Shown here: positions 38,680 to 52,122 of the stretch, piece by piece | Layout: every line of letters starts with the position of its first letter | How positions within the stretch are numbered: position 1 is the stretch's first letter | DNA from: Bugula neritina | Lineage: Eukaryota; Animalia; Bryozoa | DNA: 64,000 nt | Direction: 5' to 3' | Assembly (NCBI GenBank): GCA_964035545.1 | Contig: OZ037768.1 | Coordinates: 11,626,741 to 11,690,740 of the forward strand | Program-made: the position numbers and the translations under genes | Notes under the pieces: model-generated | What the model was told of the DNA's origin: nothing | What the model saw: only the letters and a program-made list of their open reading frames with translations | Databases searched by the model: none

Positions 38680-41600
38680 TTTTAGTAGATGTAAGAAACT
38701 TTATTATTTTTTGACTTTACTAGCAATATTGGTGTTTAAATTAGTTTAAACAAAATCCACCAAATTGTGAACGGTTTTGAGTTGAATAAAATTCCATATA
38801 TAAGTTGACAGAACAACAGTTGATAGTTCTTTAGTTTGAGTAAATATTTATACATTTGCTAAATCTCTCTTTGTTTTATTATATCACAAAGTTACTGTTT
38901 TTTCTCTGTTTGTTTCTTAGACTTTTAAGCTCAATGCTTTCATGATTGTGAAACAGTTTTTTGCAAAATGTAATAATTCTTTTAAAATCTCGAATAAAAT
39001 GTATAGGATATGCTTTCAATTTCATAAAAATGTGTTGCATTTAAGTTATTTCAAAACTTGTTGATAAACTAAATTAGGATTCAATTTTATGTCAGAGCTA
39101 AATAACTGATGGTCAGTGGTTGGTGTCAATCTAAGATATGACTGTAACTGTCGTTACCACATCACCAGTGATAATAACTTGTATTTTTTTAGACATGAAA
39201 TAAACAAAAAGTTATTGTCATTCCTACAGGATTTAACATGTTTGTTTGAATTCTTGACATATCAGGTGACACATCTATTAAAATGGTCACCATATATTAA
39301 AAGACCATTAGATTAATATCTCGACTAATTTATTTTATTGTTGGCAACATGTATTGGAAGAATGGCAGGTGCAACTTGTAGACGCTCTGATCCATCAGTC
39401 ATCGCCTGTCATTTACAAGTTTTTTAAACTTAAATATCGACTGGCAAAGCTTTGTGTTAATTTCAGCCTCCTGCTGTTTTAATGGTTTCTTCTCAAGTCT
39501 GGTTATTTTCGTAATAATTTGAACTGTATTTTTAGCAATGGCATTCATTATTGTTTATATGTCTCTAAATTTGTTGAACAATAATTTAATGGCCTTGCAG
39601 CTAAATAGCACTGATAAATCTAATTCCATAGACAGTATAGTGGGTCTATGAATCAGCATGAATGTTCACTGGTTTAATGCGCTGAACAATGATTATCTAC
39701 ACATAAATATCCCAGTATAAGAACTGTTGCTTTCTTTCAAAAGAATCGGGGGCTTCATCCTGGCAGATCTCCGGTATACAATGCTGTGCAAATAGCCTCT
39801 AGGCGCAGCTTTGCAGGTATCAATCTAAAACACCATGACAGTACAACTATTTACTCATGTTTACTCATTCCATCGCAGCTATGCACTATGCCCATAGTAA
39901 CTTTAGTATAAGCCTGTGTGTACTAAAACTCCTGCCCTGCTCAACAACATATGTATCTAAAATATCACAGTTGGTATGAACAAGAGTAGTTTCATTTATT
40001 TTAATGCATTTATTTTCATTAGTCACTAAGTGAATAAAATGTAAAACTTATATTACAATGACAACTCATGTTGGTAGATTTTTGGCCTTTAACACCACTG
40101 GTGGCTTTCACTGTTGCCGTGCTGCACATATCAGAAAGGAGCAGGAAATTATCTGCAATATCCCGCTCAAAAAATTAGCCTGTTGCTTATAATAGCATCA
40201 TATATGTTATGTATTTGTCCCATATTATTCCAGGGATGATGCTGTAGCGCATCACGTGTGCAATTTGTCATTTGCTGCATACTTGTGATGACTAATATGA
40301 GTAACTTTATCCGAGGGTAATGTTGCACTGCTCTGTGAATAGATAATTTGGTGTTAATTAAATTTAAAGCTTATGTATATATGCATACAAGGATTCTGTA
40401 TTGTCATGGATAACTGCATTGTGAGAAAGTATGTCCAGTTATTTATCTATGAACCATATCTTTTTGCATATGGCTACCAGCCTGCTAACTATAAACTTTC
40501 AACACATAAGTCACTTTATAAAGGAAACCCCTTTATTTATTGAAGATCTAATATTTAATATCATAGAGAAGTGATATAGAATATGGTAGAGAAGTAATAG
40601 AGAACAGATATATGAAAGTTTTTTTGCTTTAGTTTTTGAAGATTCACAAAAAGTTTTTTAGTTCTTTTCAAACAATTTAGAAATTTGAAATAATTATTTA
40701 TTTTGTATTAACATCTGTTACACCTATCTAAAAAGTTGAATGCTATTAAATATATAAAATACAAATAATACATTAAATAATATATTGTACCCTATGGGGT
40801 TCATCTTTGAATGTTAATAAAATACCTCTTTAAAAATAACATATTGATGCAATATACTATTATCTAAAAGATTTAATCAAAAGTAAACATAATTATTATT
40901 GTAATATTTTCTTCATTATAAAACCTGATCTAGCAATTGTTAATTTTACTATAAATAATTGAATCAGCTATGCAAAAAAAATGCATTAATACTCTAAAAG
41001 TTGAAGTTTGTCACTGCATTTTCTTTTATAAAGCACTAAAGGGAAGTTAGACAAAAAGTTATGACAAGTATGTGTAATTTTGGTAGCGTTGACATATTGC
41101 TTCATTTCTCTCAGTTTGGTGTTTAGTTGATGCGAATTGCAGTAGATCACCTAAACATATGAAAGTAGTTTAAGAAAACTCGGGGAAAAAAACATTAGCA
41201 AAGCAGGAAAAAACATCTTTACTGAATTCTTGCAATATGTAATAGATTTATAACTGCTTAAATTTAAGTCACTTATTTTTACAAAACATGCGAAAGTCAC
41301 ACACCATTTATGCTGCAACATACATTTGAAAATTAAAAGGGTATGTTTTACTACACGCATGTTTATTTCAACAGTTTTTGCAGCTTTCGGTATTGGCAGG
41401 ATGACTTTTCTCAGCAGAGGTGAAACTAAAGTAAGCACAGCTGAACAAAAGCAGCAAATAATAGCAAGTAGTGGCCTTAGTTTATTCTCTTACATGACTT
41501 ACTTTTTATACACGTTGGATATTATTAAAAATTCAAACGAACCTTTCAAAATCAGTAATTTATGTTTATTTTAAACATAATGTAGCGCTGCAGTCACTTG

Positions 41601-42999
41601 ATGTACAAAAGTTAACTGTTTAAAGAAAAACAATCAACACAATGGACTGCTACTCATTATGTTATTCTTCTTCCCTTACAGTTGGTTATTACAGTCAATA
41701 GAATTCCTAATGTTAGCCTCAAGACTCAACATATGCTATATACGCTAGATATACAATCATCTCAACAGATTTTATTTAGTAAATACTGTTTGTCATGGCA
41801 TACTTTTATCATACGATTAATGGTAGTATTCTTGTCACATCCCATAATTTATTACAGATCTTTTGCATGCTTAAAGGTAATTATTCTAGAGTGAAGCATT
41901 TGATCTACGAATATCAATCACCGACTAAATTACTGTGCACACAGGCTATTGTGAAACACACGTAGCTACGCTGTGCTGAATACTCATATATGTATTTCCA
42001 CGGTCTAAGCTGACCATTAGACGCCTTCAGACACCACAACACAGTAGAAACTTGTTCAGGGCAAAGTAAATTTAAATATATATAGTGGTCTAAGACAACA
42101 ATAGCCTAAAAACACGTGTCTAATTACTTGCCGTGACTGTTGAGCTTTGAGATTTACTTGTCACAGTGTATTTAGTATTTACATATTGACACATATTGAG
42201 CGCTTGTCATCCACTATTCTGTGTACACTGAACAGCGAGTGAGTAGGACAGGTAGCACCAAGTGCTTGACATTAGCAAGTGGAAGCAGGTAGCTCTAACT
42301 ACTTGACTGAGGATAAAGGTAACAGGTAGTCAACAGGATATTATATGCTTTCATTAAGTTTAGGCTTATCACTTTTATATTGTTTGAAGTGTTTTGATAA
42401 TTGAATATTACTGTAAAATTTGCAATAACTCAAATTTATCAATACCAGTAATGATATTTTGGCAATGGTAAAGCGTTTCCAACTGCTGCAGTGAAATATT
42501 TGCGAGTTATTCAAGGGCTGCCTTGTGTATCTTTTTACTAAAAACTTAAGAAGTTTGAAACTTGTTGAAGTGTCAGATTAGATGAGATGACATGCTGAGA
42601 AGTAAATTAGTAGAATATTTTTGCTACAAGCACGGTGCTGTCATTCGAATGTACAATAATTACAGTCATTCTTGTAAATCTCAACTTTAAAACTACTTTC
42701 TAAAATCAATAGGACTCTCACTGTGATATAGCGAAATATTTATATACAACTCATTACTGCTCTCTACTCTTAGTGCTCTGCAATGTGTGAACAAATAAAC
42801 ATTAATTTTGTAGACTATATCAATAGCACTGGCAGTTAACCTACAAGGCACAAGGGATGAGATGTAGGAAAATTTAGCTGCCAATTATATGCACATCTAG
42901 CATATGTTGCACATCTGATGTTGTATTAATATCAATTACGTAATATTGCTAAGGATCGAAAAAGTCGAATGCTTATCTGAGTAAAAAGATACTGCCAAG

Positions 43000-45900
43000 A
43001 TGAAGTTGGACTATGCTGCACTCACAACACTGATATATATTTTAACAAGTATTTCGCCAGCAATGTCACAATGGTGGTAAGCAGACATATTCTCTAGAAT
43101 CTACATTTTGCTATTGTAGAAAATGCTAACATTTATAATTATGTATGTTGTATGATGGAAGATAGTTTTATATGGTCTCATTTGATTTACTGTTTTGTCA
43201 TATTGCTGCTCAATAACCAAAGGTAATGATCAAGAATACTGAATTGATTTTGCACAGAGTAACCAATAATTAATCCTGATCAATATTGTAGTATTCTTAG
43301 ATCTTTGAAAACAGTAATTTTATAATGATCTTCACTTAGGCTAAATTAATTTTAAGAATCTGTAATAATTTTATGTAATTAATTGTAATGAAGCTAAAAG
43401 TTAAAGAGTGTTATTTTACCTGGCATCCAGCCAGATATAGCAAATACTGCACAAGAATGTGTTTCAGTACAATTACGTTAAGTAGCAGAAGTTTCTAGGT
43501 TTCATTCCTCATTTATGTCTGTAAATCATTTAATCAAAATAACAAGTTTTCTGACAAAGCAAATCTTTGAAAACGCAATATTTTATCCCACAGTGATTCT
43601 AAATTAGGAATTCATTTCATCAAAACTAAAACTTTGATTAAAATAATTTTGAACTAGAGTACCAAATGACTTATTTGATATGTAGAAAGTAAAAAGAGTA
43701 ACAGTTATGTTGATTGAGTATTCGGTAAATGTTTACTCATAGCTATCAATGTACACAAAGCAGTCTAAGATTTAATGTGTTTAAGAGATGAAATGAAGAG
43801 GTTTGGGTTGAGTTGAAGAGTGTTGTAAGCTTGAGACTCAAGAGTTACTTCTTTTCTCACTAGTGTAAAGCAGTTTAGATTGTGCCCTGACATTGTGTAA
43901 TTGTTTGTGGTCTCAGTCACTTCATATATTTGATCGATAGACAATAAATTACTTTTGTTATTATATAATCTATCGAACTGCACTTCATATTTTTAAATTT
44001 ATCACTCATTTATTATAGCAGCATACACTATTAATAAGCAACAAGTCATGGTGTCAATCTTTCATAGTTATATAGTCACCTCGACACAGTTAGGAAAAGA
44101 TTTGAAAGCTATAAAACCTTATATACTATAGACAATGAGTCATAGCGTTTCCACGACTTATTGCTGTATCAAGTGTTATAATAATTATGGTTTTGAGGCA
44201 TTTATACTACAAAATGTTTAAAGAAAAATTCAAAAGTTCTTTTCGATTTTTTGCCAACCAAGTTTCCTAGAAAATATTTTGATAACACATGATACTGTGA
44301 TTTGCTGTGAGTGTTTGGGCACAAAAACACATCTATATGAACATGTGTATAATAGTTAGTCAAAACAAGAAAGATGCTATTCGTGTAAATTCTTAATTAG
44401 TTTCTGCTCAAATCAAAGGAATGGTGTAAATGTTTTAAAGATGAGGCCAAATAACTTTACTGAAATGAATTTTAGAATAAGGTAGGCAGAGTGAATTAAT
44501 AGCATTTCTGCTAGTTATTTACGTCAAGCTCTGTAATGAATTGCAAATAGCCAATCCTTTGAAATATTTCTATGCAATACTAAACCACGTTGGATAATAA
44601 TTATCAATATTACTTGATTCATGTAAGAGATAAAACTGCTTATTACTTTATATGCGGTAAAATCAAACGGAACTTAATGGTGGAATTAGTTTGTATAATT
44701 TAAACCTGTGCACTTCTGATGAATAGTGCTCAATGTTTCCATTATTGCATTAACTAATGATTATAACAAAGAGCTATAGGAAGATGAGTGGGGTTTCTAT
44801 GGCGATACTAGAAGCTGTAGGGTTTATTTATGGACTATTGGATAAATCTTAAGTTCACATAATGTAGGAATTATAAAGCTTGGTCTAAATCAGTCTAACA
44901 ATGAAATTAAGGAAATAAATCCATAAAAGATGACCCAGAAGTGCAGTCTGTTTGCTGAAACCGCGCTAGCTAGAAATTATACATTTTGTTGGCTTCTTAC
45001 TTCACATTTAACAATGTCATGAAATACTATTATCGCTTGTTATACAGTTACTGTTGGGCAGTTTTATGGCTTCAATATATTATTTTGGAATAAATTAGAA
45101 TTCCTGTGTGACCTACTGATGGAGGTTAACAATTATTACTATGAACACTTTAATTTTTTAGTTTAGCAGAAGGAAGTTTGTTCAGCTTACATATGTTTGA
45201 ATAAAACTTCTGCGCCAAAAGAAAGTTTATTATACAAAGAATGAGCTGCATTCTAGATTGACTTTGAGTAGGGGAAGAGGGAATAAGGAGTTTTGATAGT
45301 TCTGTAGGTCAGAGGTTAAAACAAAAAATTCCTGTTGAAATAATTTTCTAAAAAGCACCAACTTTCTTCTGCAGAAGTGAGTCTTGTATTTTCCGCTGCT
45401 TGCATATAAGTTACTTTGTTTACCACTTTTATATTACAAGCCTTAATTTTTCTAAGTTTCAAAAAACTTTCGACTGTTACATAAATCACACAAACAAAAT
45501 GCTACTAGCACTTTATATAAATTATTGCAGAATTTTACATGAACTAAGTTTTATTTTGTTAGAAACATCTTGAGTACAACCCTTTTGAAGTAAACAAATA
45601 ATAAACCTAAATAGAATGTTAAATTTTAATAATATCTGGCAGCTTTTTATGTGCAGGTGAATAAATACATGCAGGTAAATAAAACATACATCATGATAGC
45701 CCAAGTCACAAACAATCTCACGGATATTTAGCCTTAAAACCAGTCAAATGATTCATAAATTCTTGTCTGACTCAATCGAATTAAAAAAAAGTTTCTAATA
45801 CACCAGGAATTAGTATCAGACTAACCAAGTTTCATTCACAACTTTTTTTGATACACACACTACAACTAAATGTTTCTGTCTGAAAGGTGATCCCACCAGT

Positions 45901-48900
45901 GTCAACTTAGTGTCAGTTGGCTCCTTCACTTCCAGGTTCTGGTCTTGACATCACATCACCTTTATATGGTCTAATTTTTTTAGTTCATTAAATTAAAATA
46001 TTTATATTTACAATTAGAAATGATATTACAGAGAGATTATAAACTGGATTGTGTATGCCAAATATTTTAATGCAACATTTTTTCGTCTTTGCCTTTGAAA
46101 ACACTTGAATATATTAAGCAAAAAATCAAGTTATCCAAGAGTATTTACTTGTATGAGTATTTAACTAAAGTTATAACATGACTGGAGCTGGTAGAAATGG
46201 TGACAATTGAGTTCACATTTGATAGGTTTGTGAGAATATTTCCATCTAACGATAAAAATGTTGCTGTTTCAAGGGAATACAGACCCACCATTATTGGCAG
46301 TATGTAAAAGCAGCTGCGACAATGTGGGAAAATATTCAAATTTTGATTTTTTTTAAATATTGATTATGATATTTGAAAAATTCATTATTCATATTATGCA
46401 GCATATGAAAATTTAGGTAAAAAGGATATGATTGATAGTGTGTTCATCGTGTTAGGTACCTTGGCGTAGTAGGACCGTACGCAGGCACAGAGAATGGTAT
46501 TATAGTGAGGCCTAAGGAAGCCAGGTCTAAAAGAGCCCAGCCCTGTGAAGACATGCCATTTCTTGGTGCCAGACAAAAAGAATTGTGCAATCAGGTATTA
46601 ATATTATCATACAAAAACTTGGTTAGCAGACTCTGGAATTAGACTTAATGACATACTCAGCATGGTAAATGTTTATAACAACCAAAGGTATTTATAGGTA
46701 CATGTATGTCAAAGCAAACCACTGCTGCTTAAAATATTAGAGTTATCTATTTGCATCAGAGAAAAACAAAAATAATTTTGCTAATTTTATGTTTGATGCA
46801 ATGTTAATTTTATTTGTCCTTTCACACCTTTCTTTAAGATATTACTAGCTATTCTTCATTATGAAACGGCTGGTCAGTTACACTCTTCACAACGGTTATT
46901 AAAACCCACAAATTTAGAAGCATATTTAAACTAATTATCTTTAAAATACTCTATCTTTATAGGGAGAGTTTATAATTGACGTGATCAGTGAAGGAGCTGC
47001 AATGGCCATATCTGAATGCCTTATGCAATTTAAAGATCGAAGATGGAACTGCACAACATTTGATACAACAGATGTTTTTGGAAACATACTTTCTCTAGGT
47101 AACTGTCATCACTATATTGTATCAGTATTGTATGATTATTAATTGTATATTCTTTTAATGTAAATATATCACAGTTTTAAATTAACCTTTGTGTATGTAG
47201 TTTCATAGCTAACAAAAAACTAGCTATAGGTGTGAACATTCATTATCATTTTGTTACATATGCAGGTATGTGTACCCTTAAAAAATATCTTAACTAAAAC
47301 AATTAGTCTAATTACAACTACACTGGACAAGCTAAAATATCTCATTCAATACTTTACATTGCCAGGAAACTCCCAGAATAACCTGCTTGGAAGACTCAAA
47401 TTTCTCTTTACTTATTACAAACTTATCTCATTAGCTACACTAAGTCTAGCTCTTGTGTAGCCATAGTGTTAGATTTTTTTCTAAATAGTTTACGAAATAT
47501 GAGAGCAGAAAATATGCACTTTCACATAACTTTATTATGGTACAAAAAATTAAGTGTCATTATACGACAACCACTAATTCCAGTGCCACTGTCATTAGCA
47601 TTAATTTAGCTCACTTCCAATACCAGGGGATAATTGGCCTATGTTGAAAGCATATCTACATAAAAATAATTATAAACATATCTTTAACACTGCAGTAAAA
47701 AAACTAAATCACGAATTCTGTAAAAACACCTACATAGCATTATCACTCAGTGGTATGTACATACGTTGACTTGGAGTATGGTTTTAATGAACTTGGTTCC
47801 TTCCCATGAACATAAGTCTTTCCAACGGCAATGATTCAGTGGGTAGAGTATAAATATATCCATGTCAGCTGTAGGGAATTTGTATTGGAATGATAATTAT
47901 ATATAATGACTGTTTGATGAACCAGTGTTAGTTATAGCCATCAACTCTCTAAATATGTAGACTTTCTAAAATTATAACTTATGTTTTACTATTGCAACAT
48001 TGTTAGTCAAGTAATGTATTCAAGACAATCGCATATCTATATAATATATTGTGGTGAATAGCTTATTGGTTGCTATTAGAAGTATAATTATACCAACAAG
48101 TGACACATGCCTTTACATTCCAAATTTTAAAATATTGTGTGCAATGAATGATAACAAAATATTAGGAGAAATAAAATTTTATAGAATTTTATTTTAATTT
48201 TTACTCTGCAAAACATTACAACAATGCTAAGCATGATGATCCTTCCAGCATTTTGTATTACCTACTCAATTTTATATAATAGTAATAATATGCTGATATT
48301 ATATGTTTACTAAAAGACTTTAATACTATACTTGCAGGAGTTAGAGAAAAGTCGTTTGTCTATAGCATAACGTCTGCTGGGGTCATGCAGGCAGTCACTA
48401 GAGCGTGTGGCAGAGGAGAGATCGGCAACTGCGGTTGTGACACTAACGTGTACAAAAGAGACACTAAAAACCAATTCCAATGGGGTGGGTGCTCACACAA
48501 CCCGGAATTTGGTGCAAGATTTGCAAGAGAGTTTGTGGATACCAAAGAGTTGGAAAATAATTCAGATAGTAAAATGAACTTATGGAACAATGAAGCTGGA
48601 AGACAGGTAAGGTTAACTAGGCAGATTTTTGCTTGTTGGTATGATAAATGTGCTAAAATTCTGTTTAGACCAAGGTCTACAAATACTCTTTTACTTGCCA
48701 TATTGAGCACTTTCAACATTGACCAGGGGGAGGGGGTTCATTCTATGAGATTGGAATATTCTAGAACTGCAGACTTTCAGTAGGATTTGACAAGCACAAC
48801 ACCGTCTAACAGCAGCACTGAACTGATCGAATTCCTCTCGTTAGAGAGAACCATATTTGCTTTTGTCTTGTCCTCGTGAAATTTTAAAAAATAGCTAATC

Positions 48901-50979
48901 TCATAAAATAGACTCTCTAATTACAATATAAAAAAAACATTATAGCTGGCTCACAAAATCTGTATATAGTTCTTTATAAGTAATCTGAAAGTTTCCAACT
49001 CTGATTTTTAACTCCTGCATGTAGAGCATACTTGAAAAATAATATGAGATTAAAGGCATGATTTGCCCAAACTTGCATTAATCAGTGACCATAATAATAC
49101 CAGTCATGCCATTCCGACAATTGTATCGGTGATAGAAGTAACGTGAGCTCCCACTGATTGAATATATTTTCATAGTTTTAAGTTGCTAAATGATGAATTA
49201 GCCAGCCTTTATCATTTTATTAGTCAGGTGTGATAAGAATGTTGAAGAATAACATTTAAACATAATCTAAAGATTGGGAAGTTGCACAAACTTAGAGTGT
49301 CTTGTTTCAGAATTCCAGTGTTTGTGTTCGTGTTTCATACAATAAAATTTATTTGTGCTAGTGCCAATAGCTGAATGTAAGACCCTTGTAGCTGTACAAC
49401 AGCCTGAATGTTTATACTTTGTACATAATAATATCCGATTAAAGTAGTTTTTCGTTTCAAACTTATAAATTGTCAAGTCAAAAAGTTGTTTTAAGTTTGA
49501 GTAATCATAAATTACAGGCATGCAATATAAGAGCCATTCATTTAGAAGAGATAAGAGAAGAAATAGTGTTAAAAATAATTTGTTTCAAGTGTCAACAAAC
49601 ATTGCACATGGCTACAATCTTTGTTGTGCAAATGGTAGCCAAAAGTATGTTAAAAGAATGTCAATTAATATTATAGATGCTGAATGCTAGCAACAGTTGT
49701 TGAAATACTTTATTCGTTTGATCTATGCAACATAAACCTTCGCAGCGTTTCTTTTTTAAATTTGCTAATTCACCTGATCAAAAGGTTCAGTGACAACTGG
49801 CTCATGAAAGGAATACCATTAGGCTTTAGTTATTTTAGTACCGCATTATTAGTTCTCCTGCATCAACAGTAGCAGGCAAACAAGACGTAAGCATTGCACA
49901 TTGTTAATCCTTATGAGCCAATAGTTTCTGACATGCTATTATTTCAATATGTAAATTATTCCAGCTTCCGTCAACATGGTGACTTGAAAAAATGCCAAAA
50001 TATTACTATGGTAGATCAAGCCAAGCACAGGATGCACTTTGCTAATTAAATCAGGTGTTCGTAGGATATTTACATAAAACAGATCCTTATATAAGATATA
50101 AATGAATACCTAATATGCAAAAAGTTGAACTTTTAAACAGTCCAAAGAGCTTTGTTTTGCATTTAAGCTAGTGGGTTTTACAGACTTCAGTACTTTTCAG
50201 TGGTGCCAGGACAAGACTAGCCAAAACGAAAACTATTCCTTGTTTTAGAAATCAAATGTGCATTAAAATAAGATAATACAAATGAATTCACAATATAACT
50301 TCATTTACCCTTAAAAATAACTAGCCAAGATTAATTGAACATGTGGTGCATCTTCAGCTATTGGAAAAAATTTCTTCATCCTAAACCACTTACAAGTCAG
50401 CTACATGTAATAATATTTATAAATATGCTTTCTGTGCATCGTTTTGTAGTTCACTGCATTATTTATAAGATACTTGCATAAAAATAATACCATGATGATA
50501 TACTCTATGCTTTACAGACAGTAAAAAAGAAAATGAAGACATTGTGTAAATGTCATGGAGTATCAGCATCATGTGCTGTACGGATCTGTTGGAGATCATT
50601 GTCAGACTTTAAAGAAGTTGGCGACGCTTTAAAGGTTTCATATGATGGAGCAAAAAAGGTTCGATATGTAGCAAGAAAAGATGCCTTAAAGCCAGCACAA
50701 AAACACTATGCAAAACCAAAAAAGCGAGATTTGGTTTACTTCAAAGAATCGCCAAATTTTTGTGAATTTGACAGCAGTGTGGGCTCCCTTGGAACTATGG
50801 GTAGACAATGTAATAGAACAAGTCAGGGACTAGACAGTTGCTCACTATTGTGCTGTGGGCGTGGCTTTGTAAGTCAGATTAAAGAAGTTGAAGAAGATTG
50901 CAACTGCAGGTTTGCTTGGTGCTGTAAGGTTGTGTGCGACAAATGTCGGAGAAAACAAGAATTTAATTACTGCAAATGA
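43000..50979 (+). CDS. WntA: Wnt family ligand, most similar to the WntA subfamily, 5 coding exons, ~360 aa
   Basis: Exons 43000-43076, 46456-46594, 46963-47098, 48338-48606 and 50518-50979 (1,083 nt). Signal peptide MKLDYAALTTLIYILTSISPAMS-QWWYLG, 24 Cys, motifs RWNC, WGGCS, NNEAGR, CKCHGVSASC, CCGRG and CNCRFAWCCKVVC. Wnt identity is secure. The subfamily call rests on my recall of REK/VFG motifs and needs a phylogeny. Confidence 0.85.
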
Positions 50980-52122
50980 GAGAATATCTAAACTGGAGAG
51001 TTGTCTCTCAATGAAATGTCTTTAACCTACAACAGAATGTGTGATTGCACAGTCAGTTTCTCTTAATTGGTTGTTTTCTTACTGGAGGCAATATTGCCAA
51101 CATCTTCAACTTTTAGTCGACCCTGAAAGTGTGCTTTGGAAAAGGTGTCTTGACAAACTGTGTATAGAAACCATAACACATGCCACTTGGCAGAAGTTAC
51201 AGCCAGTCTGTTAGAGTTGTTATACAGGACATGTTGTGCTACTGTGTTGTAATCGTATTCCTCCACTAGCATACACACGCTCCTATTTATGAGTAGTTGA
51301 ATATCAACAGTGTGGTTAAGATTTGAAAATCAAATAACTCAATAGCTTTCAATGAGCATTAAGTTACGTATTATTGTGTTAAGTTGTTGACTTTAAAATT
51401 TTGTACAGGTGTTATTATATTTACACATAACTTGACTTGTACGGTCTCATTCTTGTTCATTCCATCATTTAATCTTATTACATGTATAAATATTTATTTT
51501 TATCATCTTTTAATCAACCAGCAATTGTTACACCAAACATATTTATAGAATTAATAATTAATAATGATACAATTATTTCCTGCGAGTTAGTGTATATTAC
51601 ACTTCATCAATCTTTAGCTTTAAAAACTTGAAATATATTAATAAATAATCAATGATAGAAAAGAAAAACTGCTTTAATAGAATCAATTCAAAAAGAACTG
51701 CATAGCCATAATTATACAAATGATTGTACAATATACAATATATCATACGACTGAAATGGCTTTTTGAACATAACTTCACAGACTGTCTCGCCACTTTAAT
51801 CTAAATACTTACAAAATTACATGCACATAATGACTGTGACTCAAAGTAGAAACAATGTGTTATAATTATGAAAGACTTTCTATAATTATTATTTGAAAAA
51901 ATATGTTAATGTTAATATCTCAATCAAGAGAAAGTGAATATAACGCATTTTAAAGTAGCACCAATATTCATATATATCTATTCAAATTTGTCCACTTTTA
52001 CTACAAATAAACAAAAATGAATCTTCCCTTCACCACAAACTCAACTAATAGTAATTAACATACTCCACCCAGACAACTACAGTTAGAATGGAGTAACACA
52101 GTGTGTATTAATAGCTAGCTTT

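Noticed and set aside
41037-41680. Kolobok-like MITE (AGGGAAG...CTTCCCT ends)
   Set aside because: Only 7 bp of terminal complementarity and imperfect TTAA flanks; it cannot be supported without other copies.
38700-42900. Additional gene between SIRT6 and Wnt (short ORFs at 39116, 41151, 41326, 41682)
   Set aside because: No domain similarity or consistent exon chain; more likely Wnt upstream regulatory DNA and decayed repeats.
43303-46099. TCF/LEF site cluster in Wnt intron 1 (CTTTGWW at 43303, 43632, 44412 rev, 44557, 46093)
   Set aside because: About three such 7-mers are expected by chance in 3.4 kb of this base composition; five is not convincing without conservation data.
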